64,000 nucleotides of DNA, taken from assembly GCA_963662615.2 (NCBI GenBank), contig CAXXSR010000002.1, forward strand, positions 1 through 64,000, in the 5' to 3' direction. The notes under the pieces were generated by a model that ran no database searches, was not told where the DNA came from, and saw only the letters and a program-made list of their open reading frames with translations. Of this stretch, positions 1-9,759 are shown piece after piece (the stretch's first letter is position 1; each line of letters begins with the position of its first letter). This DNA comes from Dehalococcoidia bacterium. GTDB lineage: Bacteria; Chloroflexota; Dehalococcoidia; Bin125. Position numbers and translations under genes: made by a program.

Positions 1-415
1 CCTCGTCCACGTGACCGTCGTCAACGCGCGCTAGCTCCGCCGCGGGCGGCGGGAGTACGGGCGCTCCGACAACGCGGCGCGTCCTCACCGCGCGCTGGCG
101 CTCGAGCCGCCGGAGGGGCCGCGCCCACCACGGCACCGCGGGGCGCGCGTCGCCGCGCGTCCCGGCCTCGGGGGGCTGCATCCACGTCTCCGCCTGGGCA
201 ACCTGAGGGGAGGACGGTGTTTGGCCACCCCACAGGGAATGAGATCACGATCGCGCGGCTGGCCTCCTCCGCGAAGTACTCGCGCCGGAACTCCATCCGG
301 CCCAGTCCGCTTGGGCCCTGGACATTACTGAGCTTTAGGTCCCGCTATCCAGTCGCAATCCCACTGGGCCAGCCTGCTGGCAGCGGTGCTTGAGCACGCA
401 GCACCTCCGCTGCCC

Positions 416-780
416 TCAGTGCCAATCGTGGGCCTGCGGCATGGGGACACCGGTGAGGAGGGACTCCACCTGCGCCACGACGAGCGTGGTGGTCCCGTCC
501 CAGCGTGTCACCCGCAGCACCGTCCCGTCGGCCGCCTCCGCCACGGTGGCGGCGGGCCGGACATCCGGGGGCAGCGTGGGCCGCACGAACGCCATCAGGT
601 GGCCGCGGGGGTAGAGCCCCAGCGCCCGGTACTCCCCCACCATCTTTTCGGAGGCGCTCCAGCCCGCCAGCGTGGGGACCTCCGTCGCCACCGCCAAGGC
701 GCGCTGGCCGCCGCGGGCCGGCGGGATGGCGCCTTCGGCCTCCCAGAGCGCCCGCCGGCGGTTGGGGGTGATCGCATCGA
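416..780 (-). pseudogene. dnaE2: C-terminal remnant of error-prone DNA polymerase III alpha (DnaE2), internally deleted
   Basis: Translates NRRRALWEA...EYRALGLYPRGHLMAFVRPTL...PQAHDWH*, resembling the DnaE2 C-terminus (SRDFH-type ending); most of the OB domain is missing. Confidence 0.7.
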
Positions 781-966
781 CGGCCCCGCCACATCAAACT
801 GCTCGGGGTGCGATTGGCACCGACAGGTCAGTCCCGGTGAGGCTAGGACACACTCCAGAGGCGTCGGGCGTGCGGCGATGCTGCCCCGCCCCCCGCAGGA
901 CTCGCACGCGCGGTTCGAACGCGGTGCGGAGCTCGTCTAGCTGCGGCGCAACGGTCCGGTTTGGAC

Positions 967-1300
967 CTACTGTCGAAGCGCGTCTGGCCGGCCGTCCGGC
1001 ATCACCGCCTGGTGCCCCAGCTGCGGCCCCGCCGCGGGCGCGCTCGCCCGTTCCAGCCGCTCGTCCAGCGGCAGGTCCTCGTTCCAGTGGGTGGCCCTGA
1101 TGCGCCGCCCATTGAACTGTGCCGACTCCTCACTCGCGAGCCAGAGCGCCGGCGCCTCCATGATCGACGGCTGGTGGAGCACCTCTGGGTCCATGTGCCC
1201 GACGGTCATTCCCGAGTACGTCCCACCGCCCGGCACGAGTACGTTGGCCGTCACGCCGCTCCCCTCCAGCTCCTGGGCAAGGATCGCGACCAGGCGCCTC
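967..1300 (-). pseudogene. C-terminal fragment of an SDR-family oxidoreductase
   Basis: LAQELEGSGVTANVLVPGG...PALWLASEESAQFNGRRI; N-terminal Rossmann motif absent. Confidence 0.7.
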
Positions 1301-1422
1301 AGCCGTAAGGGTCCAAGAGCCCCTGGCAACACTGTTGTTCGTTTTGCTAGTGGAGTTCTATCAACTGGTAAAGGCTACGTGCTTCCAGAGTCGTCAGTCT
1401 ATCAAAGCTGACGAAGGTTTAT

Positions 1423-2253
1423 TCATACCCATTGAGCCCGCCCTTCGCTCCCCTCATCGACGGCCCCGGAAGCGCCGCCTCCGTCATTCTCCGGAACCAC
1501 GTCGTCGCGCTGAGCGTTGTCCACATCCGGGAGCAGCGCCCCGCTCCCGTCGTCCACGGCCCCGGAAGCGCCGCCTCCGTCATCCTCTGGAACCACGTCG
1601 TCGCGCTGAGCGTTGTCCACATCCGGGAGCCGCCCTTCGGTCCCCTCATCGACGGCCCCGGAAGCGCCGCCTCCGTCATCCTCCCGAATCACATCGTCGC
1701 GCTGAGCGTTGTCCACATCCGGGAGCAGCACCCCGCTCCCGTCGTCCACGGCCCCGGAAGCACCGCCTCCGTCATCCTCCCGAATCACATCGTCGCGCTG
1801 AGCGTTGTCCACATCCGGGAGCCGCCCTTCGGTCCCCTCATCGATGGCCCCGGAAGCGCCGCCTCCGTCATCCTCCCGAATCACATCGTCGCGCTGAGCG
1901 TTGTCCACATCCGGGAGCAGCACCCCGCTCCCGTCGTCCACGGCCCCGGAAGCGCCGCCTCCGTCATCCTCCGGAACCACGTCGTCGCGCTGGGCAGTGT
2001 CTACGCCTGGCGGCGGCTGGCCGAAGCGCTCCAGGGTCGCCCCGTGTTGGATCGAGACTGCTCTCCCCGCGAAAACTGCAGAAAACTTCTCCAGCTCTTC
2101 GGAAGGAGTCCCAGGTTGCGCACACTTACACGCGTGGACCTGCCCGCGGTCCCCAAGGAACCAAAGGACACCCACCATGAGCGCGAGGCTCAATACGGCT
2201 GCTCGTACGGCCGTGGACCCAATCCCCTGCCGCTTTGCAATCACTGGCCGCAT
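1423..2253 (-). CDS. Secreted protein: signal peptide, CxC (TIMP/NTR-like) start, then acidic 32-aa tandem repeats
   Basis: Hydrophobic leader, HA-CKCAQPG, then repeated PDVDNAQRDDV(I/V)xEDDGGGASGA(V/I)D. Confidence 0.6.
   Translation of the reverse strand: MRPVIAKRQGIGSTAVRAAVLSLALMVGVLWFLGDRGQVHACKCAQPGTPSEELEKFSAVFAGRAVSIQHGATLERFGQPPPGVDTAQRDDVVPEDDGGGASGAVDDGSGVLLPDVDNAQRDDVIREDDGGGASGAIDEGTEGRLPDVDNAQRDDVIREDDGGGASGAVDDGSGVLLPDVDNAQRDDVIREDDGGGASGAVDEGTEGRLPDVDNAQRDDVVPEDDGGGASGAVDDGSGALLPDVDNAQRDDVVPENDGGGASGAVDEGSEGRAQWV
1441..1992. repeat. 96-bp tandem repeat, about 5.7 copies, alternating A/B variants (192-bp higher-order unit)
   Basis: GGCCCCGGAAGCRCCGCCTCCGTCAT recurs every 96 bp; units alternate CCCTCATCGA and CCCGTCGTCCA. 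Confidence 0.95.
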
Positions 2254-2489
2254 GACCCATTTCCCTTGTCCTGGTTGACTCTGCTCTACGCCTCTATTGA
2301 GTAAGACGCTGCGAGAACCTGGATGGTTCCAATGAGTCTGCGTCCGCCGCGGAATCAGGAGTTAGTCCTCGCTGCGCATTCACAGCTGAAGAGAAGGTCA
2401 ACCCCTAACTCAGGCTGGTTGCAACGGCATGGGCACGAGCGACATTGGCAGCCGGCGCTGCCATCCTGTCATAATCATGCGGCAGCAGC

Positions 2490-2590
2490 CCGGCAGCAGC
2501 TCCAGCCGCTGGGCCGGGCTGCCCGTCCATGCTGACCAGTCGAAGCCGTGGAGCAGGCCGCAGCAGACCTCGTACTTCTCCTGCATCACG
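2490..2590 (-). pseudogene. hsdR: Short fragment of a type I restriction enzyme R subunit C-terminal region
   Basis: VMQEKYEVCCGLLHGFDWSAWTGSPAQRLELLP resembles, from memory, the HsdR C-terminal (DUF3387-type) segment. Confidence 0.6.
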
Positions 2591-2775
2591 GTGGCGGCGG
2601 GCCGGACATCCGGGGGCAGCGTGGGCCGCACGAACGCCATCAGGTGGCCGCGGGGGTAGAGCCCCAGCGCCCGGTACTCCCCCACCATCTTTTCGGAGGC
2701 GCTCCAGCCCGCCAGCGTGGGGACCTCCGTCGCCACCGCCAAGGCGCGCTGGCCGCCGCGGGCCGCCGGGATGGC
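2587..2775. repeat. 189-bp near-identical duplicate of dnaE2 segment 542-730
   Basis: Direct comparison CACGGTGGCGGCGGGCCGGACATCC...GGGATGGC; ends exactly at the IS left terminus. Confidence 0.92.
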
Positions 2776-3897
2776 TGTGGTGTCTCAAAACTCCGTCACG
2801 CGGCCTCCCAGGCATACTCGTGATGGAGGCCACCGAGGATCGGTCGGCTCGTGAGTCGCACGGGTCCGGGAGGGCGATGGGCATGCCGTGGCCCATCCGG
2901 CGGTTCGTCTCCCAGCGACTGGTGGGGTCGGGTGGTGTTGTAGTACTCGACGTATTCCTGCAAGACGTGCCGGAGGTGGCGCTCGCTCAGCACGAGGACG
3001 TGGTCGAGACAGTCCCGCCGGAGGGTGCCGATGACGCGCTCCGCGATCGCGTTCGCTTGGGGGGCCCGCACCGGGGACAGCACCGTCGTGATCCCCATCG
3101 CCGCCGCCCGGCGCACGAAATCGCCGCCGTAGCAGCGGTCCCGGTCCCGAAGGAGAAAACGCGGCTGCACGCCCCAGGGCGTCGCTTCGCGAATCTGCTG
3201 CCAGACCCAGCCCTGGGTCGGATGACGGGTCACGTTCCAATGCACCAGGCGCCGGCGATCATGGCTGATCAGCACGAAGACGTAGCAGGTGCGGAACGGC
3301 AGCGTCTGTACGGTGAAAAAGTCCGCCGCCCAAATCTCGGACGCGTGCAGGCGCAGAAAGGTCCGCCAACTGGGCGAGGGAGGGCGGTCCCCGCGATACC
3401 GCTGCACCGTTGCCGCGCTGACCGGATGGCCCAGCACCGCCAGCTCGGCCGCGATGCGCCGCACGCCCCAGGTCGGATTCTCCGCCTCGATCCGGACGAT
3501 CAGGCAGCGGATGATGGGATCGATGCGCGGACGACCCCTAGGTCGTCCGCGGCTCTTCCAACCCCAGTAGCGTCGCCACGCCGTCCGGTGCCAACCGACC
3601 ACGGTGGCGGGCTGCACCAGCTGGACATGCCGACGCCACCCCCGCCAGTGCCGCGCGGTCACGGACCAGAAGCGCCGATCCGCGGCCGCCAACGTCGGGT
3701 GCCGTCCCGTGCGCTCCCAGACCGCCAGCTGTTGCCGCAGCACCAGGTTCTCTAGGACCAAGTCCCGGCGTCGGCGCCCCGTCAGGCGCAACGCGATCAG
3801 AAAGAGCCGCCAATAGATCCACATCGCCGTGCCTCCGCCTGGAGGCTCCGGCGATCAAAGCATTTAGGCAATGCCGATCGACTTCTGAGACACCACA
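2776..3897 (-). mobile_element. Insertion sequence (IS481/IS3-like DDE), 1122 bp, TGT...ACA ends
   Basis: Terminal inverted repeats TGTGGTGTCTCAAAACT (2776) and ACTTCTGAGACACCACA (3881-3897); no target duplication visible. Confidence 0.85.
2796..3824 (-). CDS. rve/integrase-core DDE transposase
   Basis: WAADFF, LLRDRD, PQANAIAERVIGTLRRDCLD, YYNTTRPHQSL motifs; upstream HTH segment ENPTWGVRRIAAEL. Confidence 0.92.
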   Translation of the reverse strand: MWIYWRLFLIALRLTGRRRRDLVLENLVLRQQLAVWERTGRHPTLAAADRRFWSVTARHWRGWRRHVQLVQPATVVGWHRTAWRRYWGWKSRGRPRGRPRIDPIIRCLIVRIEAENPTWGVRRIAAELAVLGHPVSAATVQRYRGDRPPSPSWRTFLRLHASEIWAADFFTVQTLPFRTCYVFVLISHDRRRLVHWNVTRHPTQGWVWQQIREATPWGVQPRFLLRDRDRCYGGDFVRRAAAMGITTVLSPVRAPQANAIAERVIGTLRRDCLDHVLVLSERHLRHVLQEYVEYYNTTRPHQSLGDEPPDGPRHAHRPPGPVRLTSRPILGGLHHEYAWEAA

Positions 3898-4354
3898 GCC
3901 CGAACCTGCGGGACGAGTAGGGGCACAGCTCGGCGAACACCATGCGGGTCGTGGCGAACTCCTGCTCCATCTCGGGATGCATCTCGACGCCCATCGCCTG
4001 TGCGGCCAGCCTCACGAACGGCCGGTAGAAGCGTGGATTCCAATGGTCGTTCTTGTTGAGCCAGCGCCAGTGGTCCCAGTACGTCTGCTCGGTGTAGCGC
4101 TGGGCGAGGTGCCGCTCTTCGTCTTCCTCCCGGCGGGCCTGGTTCAGGGAGACGAGCACCCACTGGCGCGGCGGCACGGCCTCGACATCACCGACAAACC
4201 AGGGTGGCGGCAGGCCGCGTGCCGGAACGCCGAAGGCGTCGGGGCCGGTCAGCCCCAGTTCGCGATTCAGAGCGCTGACGTGGCTGGTCCAGTCCTCGCG
4301 GAAGTTCTCGTCGCGCAGCTGCCGCAGCTCGCGGAACCATGGAGTAGGCACCAC
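3898..4354 (-). pseudogene. Possible UDG-superfamily glycosylase-like protein truncated by the IS
   Basis: PPWFVGD...VLVSLNQ and FAELCPYSSRRF resemble UDG-like motifs; the frame runs into the IS right end. Confidence 0.4.
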
Positions 4355-4625
4355 GGAATCATACGGGCGCGCATCGGGTCCCCCAGGGCGCTCCGCGGTG
4401 GGCGGATGCTTGAATGCTTCGGACGCTCGCAGGCCGGTGTGGGCCCCGCCGATCCCTCCAACCCGGCCCTGGGGCGCCAGGAACACCGCGACGCCCCGTC
4501 GGAGCGTGCGTATACGGGGCGCGACGGGCTTCGCCCCCGCTCGGTGAACGACGCGCACCTCGCCTCCAATGCGACAGCACCTGTCGCCACGACTTGGAGA
4601 TGGGGCAAGTCAGTCCACGTCAGGG

Positions 4626-6275
4626 TCACCGAGTCCTGCGTGGAGGAAAGGAAGCCGTCAGGTTCTGAGGCGGTGGCGGGGGACATAGCACATCGTTGGT
4701 CGCGCCAGTCAGGCCGGGAGGACTTTCACTGATGCGCAGCATCAGAAGGTCTCCGTCATTCCAAGACCGCTCGCATACCCCCCAGGTCAGCGCGCGCGTG
4801 CGGCCCTCCTCAACAACGTCGACAGCGTCGTCGAAATCCAGCCGCAGCACGACCGTCCCGTCTAGGGCGATGAAGTCGATGTGATGGCCTGTGGGCCTCC
4901 CGGGCGGATCAATCTGCATCTCGACCCTTGCTGACTCCCACCGGATCCGCTTGATGTCTGTTGTGCCCACCCCCTCGATGGCAAACGACGCCGGCTTCAA
5001 AACACCACGTGAGCCGTCGGCGCCTACCGCCGCGCCAATCACCACCGGATCGAAGAACGCCTCGTGAACAGTGCCCTCGGGTGCCGTCACGGTCATCGTC
5101 ATTTCGTAGGTGAAGACGTGATTGCAGGGAATGAAGGCCAACAGAAGGTAATTGTTATTGACCTTGTATTCTCCTGCGGGAATCGGCCGCGCAGAGACCA
5201 CGGTCTGGGTGAATGTAAATGCAGAGCGCTCTGGTACGAGGTCGCCAGTCACGACATCGAATAGGGCAGAGTCCCGTCCATCGAACCAGAGCCTTGATCT
5301 CTGTTCAGTTGATTCGGCGCTGACGACTTCGTCTTCATAGATCGTGGTGCCGGCGGGCTGGCCGGAGTCGAATTCATGTGTAGGATGCGTGACGTAGACT
5401 CGCCGACCCTCACCCTCGGCTATGAAGTACCTATCCTCGCGCTCATTCTGATATTTAAACCGGACGCATTCTTTGTATTCTTCCGAGCCGTCGCTGGCGC
5501 TAAGCTCAGCGGTAACAGCTGCGAGCCGCTGTTTCAGGTCGCCCAGCGTTATCGTTGGACCCGCCGGTGTGCTCGCGCCACTTGCGCCTGCACCGGCTGG
5601 GTCCGTCGGGACGGCCAGGAGGAACTCCTGGCCGTCCCGCACGGTCCCGCTCTGGCCGGTAGCGCCCGAAGCGATCTCGGTCGCCGGCAGCCACAACTTA
5701 CTGTATTCGCTGGACAGGCTGTAGCCGTCCCGGTGGGGCTGAGAGAAACCGAACGACAGGTAGTAATGGTTGTCACCCTGCAATGTAGGTAAGACATCAA
5801 GGGGAAAAGCCTGAGCATCACCCAGGTCTTGCAGGAAGAAGACCGCCTCCCGATTGTCCCATTGCGTATCCCTTCGGGCGCGGATGTCGGGCAACGCGTC
5901 TTCGGCTTCCTGGCGGGTGCCGAATTCATCGGCTGCGACCCATATCGCCGTGATGTTGTCGGCACCTGTCCCATTCAGGTACTCACCGACTTCAAGGTCG
6001 AACTTCAAGGCAGCGTAGTAGTTACCCTCAAACCTCCCCGCCCCGGCGACCACCTCGGTGGACTCGGAGGTCATCCGAGCTCTGACGACGGTGGGGTAGT
6101 TGGCGATCCTCTCTTCGAGCGAGGTCTCTCCTCGAGGGAAGACTCGCGAAGAATGGCTCCTGTCCGTGGCCAGAGTTTCGGCAGGAACCGCATCGTCGGG
6201 CGTATTGCTTCCCGTGCCCTGGCTGCACGCCAGCAGCAGCATCCCCGTCAAGAGAGCGATGAGGATTATTCGCAT
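4626..6275 (-). CDS. Large hypothetical lipoprotein; a C-terminal FN3-like start is frameshifted
   Basis: MRIILIALLTGMLLLAC lipobox with GGGAGA RBS; PPPPQNLTAS continues as STQDSVTLTW in another frame. Confidence 0.75.
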   Translation of the reverse strand: MRIILIALLTGMLLLACSQGTGSNTPDDAVPAETLATDRSHSSRVFPRGETSLEERIANYPTVVRARMTSESTEVVAGAGRFEGNYYAALKFDLEVGEYLNGTGADNITAIWVAADEFGTRQEAEDALPDIRARRDTQWDNREAVFFLQDLGDAQAFPLDVLPTLQGDNHYYLSFGFSQPHRDGYSLSSEYSKLWLPATEIASGATGQSGTVRDGQEFLLAVPTDPAGAGASGASTPAGPTITLGDLKQRLAAVTAELSASDGSEEYKECVRFKYQNEREDRYFIAEGEGRRVYVTHPTHEFDSGQPAGTTIYEDEVVSAESTEQRSRLWFDGRDSALFDVVTGDLVPERSAFTFTQTVVSARPIPAGEYKVNNNYLLLAFIPCNHVFTYEMTMTVTAPEGTVHEAFFDPVVIGAAVGADGSRGVLKPASFAIEGVGTTDIKRIRWESARVEMQIDPPGRPTGHHIDFIALDGTVVLRLDFDDAVDVVEEGRTRALTWGVCERSWNDGDLLMLRISESPPGLTGATNDVLCPPPPPQNLTASFPPRRTR

Positions 6276-6598
6276 CGTGGTTCTCCCTAGTGGGTCGTAT
6301 GAAGGATAAGGGAGAACGTCGGCCATTTTGGGAATTGTGGGACGAGGTTCGGGTCGATCCGTGACCTGCCCGCGCGAGTCGTCCGATGGCGGGCTCCATT
6401 CGTCTGTTCGCGGGCGGCCACCTCCGAGCGGATGCACAGCGCTGTCCGGCATGCCGCAGGGCACGCGCGCCCGCCGTAGGCTGCAGGGATGAATGCAAGC
6501 GACCGCAAAGGGCGCTTCCCCGGGCTGTGGGGGCTCATTATTCCGTGCGGTCTGCCTCCCCAGATAGGAAAGCCATGCGCTGGCCGCAGGCGCCGTGG

Positions 6599-6630
6599 GA
6601 CCTCTGCTTGGGAAGCAGCGGGTTAACCGG
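6599..6630 (-). other. Secondary att-like site 1 (CTGC-TTCCCAA-GCAG, tRNA-Gly(CCC)-type anticodon arm) after the recombinase stop
   Basis: Minus strand CCGGTTAACCCGCTGCTTCCCAAGCAGAGGTC; homologous to 18442-18491, 28270-28322 and 31240-31300. Confidence 0.65.
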
Positions 6631-7582
6631 TCCCGTTCGACCTCGCCAGAAACCGCGCCGCGGGGCTGAACGCGGCGTGCGCGTCGGCCGCTTTCGCGGC
6701 ATCGTAGGTGGCGGAATAGCGACGGACCATCGCCGACGTCGAGTGGCCGAGCAGGTATTGCACGTCCAGCTCCCGCGCATGGTTCTCGATGGCCCAGGTA
6801 GCGAACGTATGGCGGAAGCGGTGCGGGTTGGCGTGCACGCCGGCCCGCTCGCCGAGCCGCGCGAACAGGGTGCCCAACAGGTATTTGTTCATCGGGCGCC
6901 GCGACTCCCCCCAGCGTGAGATGGTCAGAAACAACGGTCCCTCGTCCTCGCCGCGGAAGCGGTCGATGTATCCGCGCAGCGCCGCTTCCGGCCCATCGCC
7001 GAACGGCACCACCCGCTGCTTGCGGCCCTTGCCGTGGCGGATGTGGATCCGGCGGTCCTCCCAGGACACGTCGGCCAGGGTGAGCTGGTGCAGCTCCGCG
7101 TAGCGCATCCCGGTGTCGAGGAAGAGCAAGATGATGGCCCGGTTGCGGCAGCCGAACTCGTCGCCGGCATCGCAGACCGCCAGGAGGGCCTGGATGTCCT
7201 CCTCACTGAGCGGCTGGATCACTTTCTGCTCCACGCGCACGTTGGCGATGCCCGTGAAGGGGTGGCGCGCGCAGGCGCCCATGCGCAGGCACCAGGAGAA
7301 GAAGGCGCGGGTCTCGCGGAAGCGGCGGTGCCGGGTGCCCAGCGAGACGCCGCTGTCGGCGACGGCCTTGAGGAACGCGTAGACGTGGGGAGGACGGAAG
7401 TCGGCGACCCGGGCCGGCAGGGCCTCGGCGAGGCAGACGGCCTGGAAGCGGCGCAGGGTCTCGGCGTAGGCGTCGACGGTGCGGGGGCTTTTCCCTTCGA
7501 CATCGCAGGCGGCGAGGTAGGCCGCGATCGCCTCCCCCAGACCCATGCCGTCGTCCGTCTGAAGTACCAGTTCCGCGACCAT
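6623..7582 (-). CDS. Tyrosine recombinase/integrase, copy C (intact)
   Basis: DTGMR, GKGRKQR, HRFRH, LLGH, RRY catalytic motifs; SAM-like N-domain; GAAAGGGG RBS. Confidence 0.95.
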   Translation of the reverse strand: MVAELVLQTDDGMGLGEAIAAYLAACDVEGKSPRTVDAYAETLRRFQAVCLAEALPARVADFRPPHVYAFLKAVADSGVSLGTRHRRFRETRAFFSWCLRMGACARHPFTGIANVRVEQKVIQPLSEEDIQALLAVCDAGDEFGCRNRAIILLFLDTGMRYAELHQLTLADVSWEDRRIHIRHGKGRKQRVVPFGDGPEAALRGYIDRFRGEDEGPLFLTISRWGESRRPMNKYLLGTLFARLGERAGVHANPHRFRHTFATWAIENHARELDVQYLLGHSTSAMVRRYSATYDAAKAADAHAAFSPAARFLARSNGTG

Positions 7583-7724
7583 GATTGCCCCCCTTTCGCC
7601 CATCCATGGACGCTCTGATGGGGGGGTGAAGTCAAGCGAAATCCGGGAGCAGAACCGATGCGGTCCGCTGCTCCAGGCTCGGATTCGGGCCGGATCACAG
7701 CGCGCGCTAATAGATGAAGTGTGG

Positions 7725-7771
7725 TGGTGGGCCCTCAGGGGTTCGAACCCTGGACCTTCGGATTAAAAGTC
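7725..7771 (-). repeat. att repeat: 3' half of tRNA-Lys(UUU)
   Basis: Matches 32188-32234 with one mismatch; identity stops just past the anticodon loop. Confidence 0.95.
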
Positions 7772-7981
7772 TGGTGTTCCGCTCACCGATCTGATCAGTT
7801 CCTCGCTGTCTCCTTCCGGCCACAATCCCGGTCGTCTCGAGACTTCAGCGCGATACGGCGGGCGGGTGTCGACGCCGTGCCGAGGATCGTTCGGTTCGCG
7901 TCGCCAGAGCGTTGAGCAACCTCGGCCCGTGCACGCTACCAGGCCGGGTTCTTCGGTCCGCCCGGCCGCCTTGGCACGTAA

Positions 7982-8097
7982 GTCGGACTCTATGTCGAAC
8001 AGATCTATACGAAACTCAATCCGACCTACGGCTGGCTACGTGGAGTCGAGCTGGTTGCGCTCTGTGCCGGACAGATTTGTCGAATATCCGCTGGCGG
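7982..8097. repeat. Two copies of the 44-bp four-half-site palindrome (7982-8025, degenerate 8054-8097)
   Basis: GTCGGA CTCTAT GTCGAA C AGATCT A TACGAA ACTCAA TCCGAC. Confidence 0.8.
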
Positions 8098-8230
8098 ATC
8101 AATCGCCCGGGCCACTGGCTCGAGCCGCCCGCCGAGGCTAGGGATCGAGCCGCGCCTACGCAGTCCCGCGCCATGCTGCCGCGCCAACACGTGCGCCGAG
8201 TAGCATGGACGTGAGCACGTGGGGGAACCT

Positions 8231-8997
<767 letters not shown>

Positions 8998-9001
<4 letters not shown>

Positions 9002-9750
9002 CCGCACTCTTGGCAGTCGACCGTGTCAGCGCCGGCTATGGCAATATCGAGATCGTCCATGACGTCTCGCTGCACATGGACCGTGGCGAGATCATCACCA
9101 TCATCGGCCCCAATGGGGCAGGCAAATCGACGCTGCTCAAAGCGATCTTCGGCCTCCTGCCGGCCATGAGTGGCACCATTCACTTCCGCGACCGCGACGT
9201 CACCGGTGTTTCTGCCCCCAAGATGGTCGGCGCGGGTGCGTCGTTCGTTCCGCAGACGAACAATATCTTTCCGTCCTTGACCATCCGCGAAAACTTGCAA
9301 ATGGGCGCCTATCGGCGCAGAGACGGCGTGGCCGAGCGGATGCGCGAAGTGCTCTCGCTGTTCCCCGACCTCGAACGCCGTCCCCGGGAGCGAGCCTCGC
9401 ATCTGTCCGGCGGCCAGCGGCAAGCGCTGGCGATCGCCCGCGCGCTTATGCTCGATCCCGTGCTGCTCTTGCTCGATGAGCCGACCGCCGGACTGTCGCC
9501 CGTCCTTCGGGAGGGGATCTTCAAGCGCATCTGCGCCATCCGCGACAGTGGCGTGGGGGTGCTGATGGTGGAGCAGAGCGCCAAGGAGGCGCTCTCCGTC
9601 TCCGCCCGCGGCTACCTGATGGTGGGCGGCCGCAACGCCTTGGAGCAGAGCGGCGCGGAGATGCTCGCCAACCCGGACGTGGGGCGCCTCTACCTGGGCC
9701 AGGAGGAAGATCGCACGGATGCCGGCGCCGCTCGACCGCCGACGCCGTAA
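8998..9750 (+). CDS. livF: Branched-chain amino acid ABC transporter ATPase (LivF-like)
   Basis: GPNGAGKS, LSGGQ, LLDEPTAGL, VEQ; ATGA overlap with livG. Confidence 0.9.
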
Positions 9751-9759
9751 GGAGGGCGC

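Larger units (their letters stand above)
1..7771 (-). mobile_element. Integrative element C (distal member of the tRNA-Lys tandem array); left boundary not seen
   Basis: tRNA-Lys 3'-half repeat at 7725-7771 followed by tyrosine recombinase 7582-6623; cargo is decayed mobile-type DNA (IS, dnaE2 and hsdR fragments); no further tRNA-Lys repeat found to the left. Confidence 0.7.

Noticed and set aside
21-296. ORF at the window start
   Set aside because: No recognisable family and a low-complexity tail; cannot be supported.
1441-1992. CRISPR array
   Set aside because: Whole 96-bp units repeat with no unique spacers, the period is a multiple of 3 inside an ORF, and no cas genes are present.
2359-2411. 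attC-like site (GAGTTAG...CTAACTC)
   Set aside because: The boxes are in the wrong order for attC and occur once.
6623-7582. Housekeeping xerC/xerD or a classical integron intI
   Set aside because: Three copies are tied to tRNA att repeats; no IntI-specific insertion is evident and no attC (RYYYAAC...GTTRRRY) array was found.
7725-7771. Additional tRNA genes at 7725, 19585, 28270 and 31240
   Set aside because: Only 3' halves; the D-arm and 5' acceptor strand are missing, so they are treated as att-type sequences.
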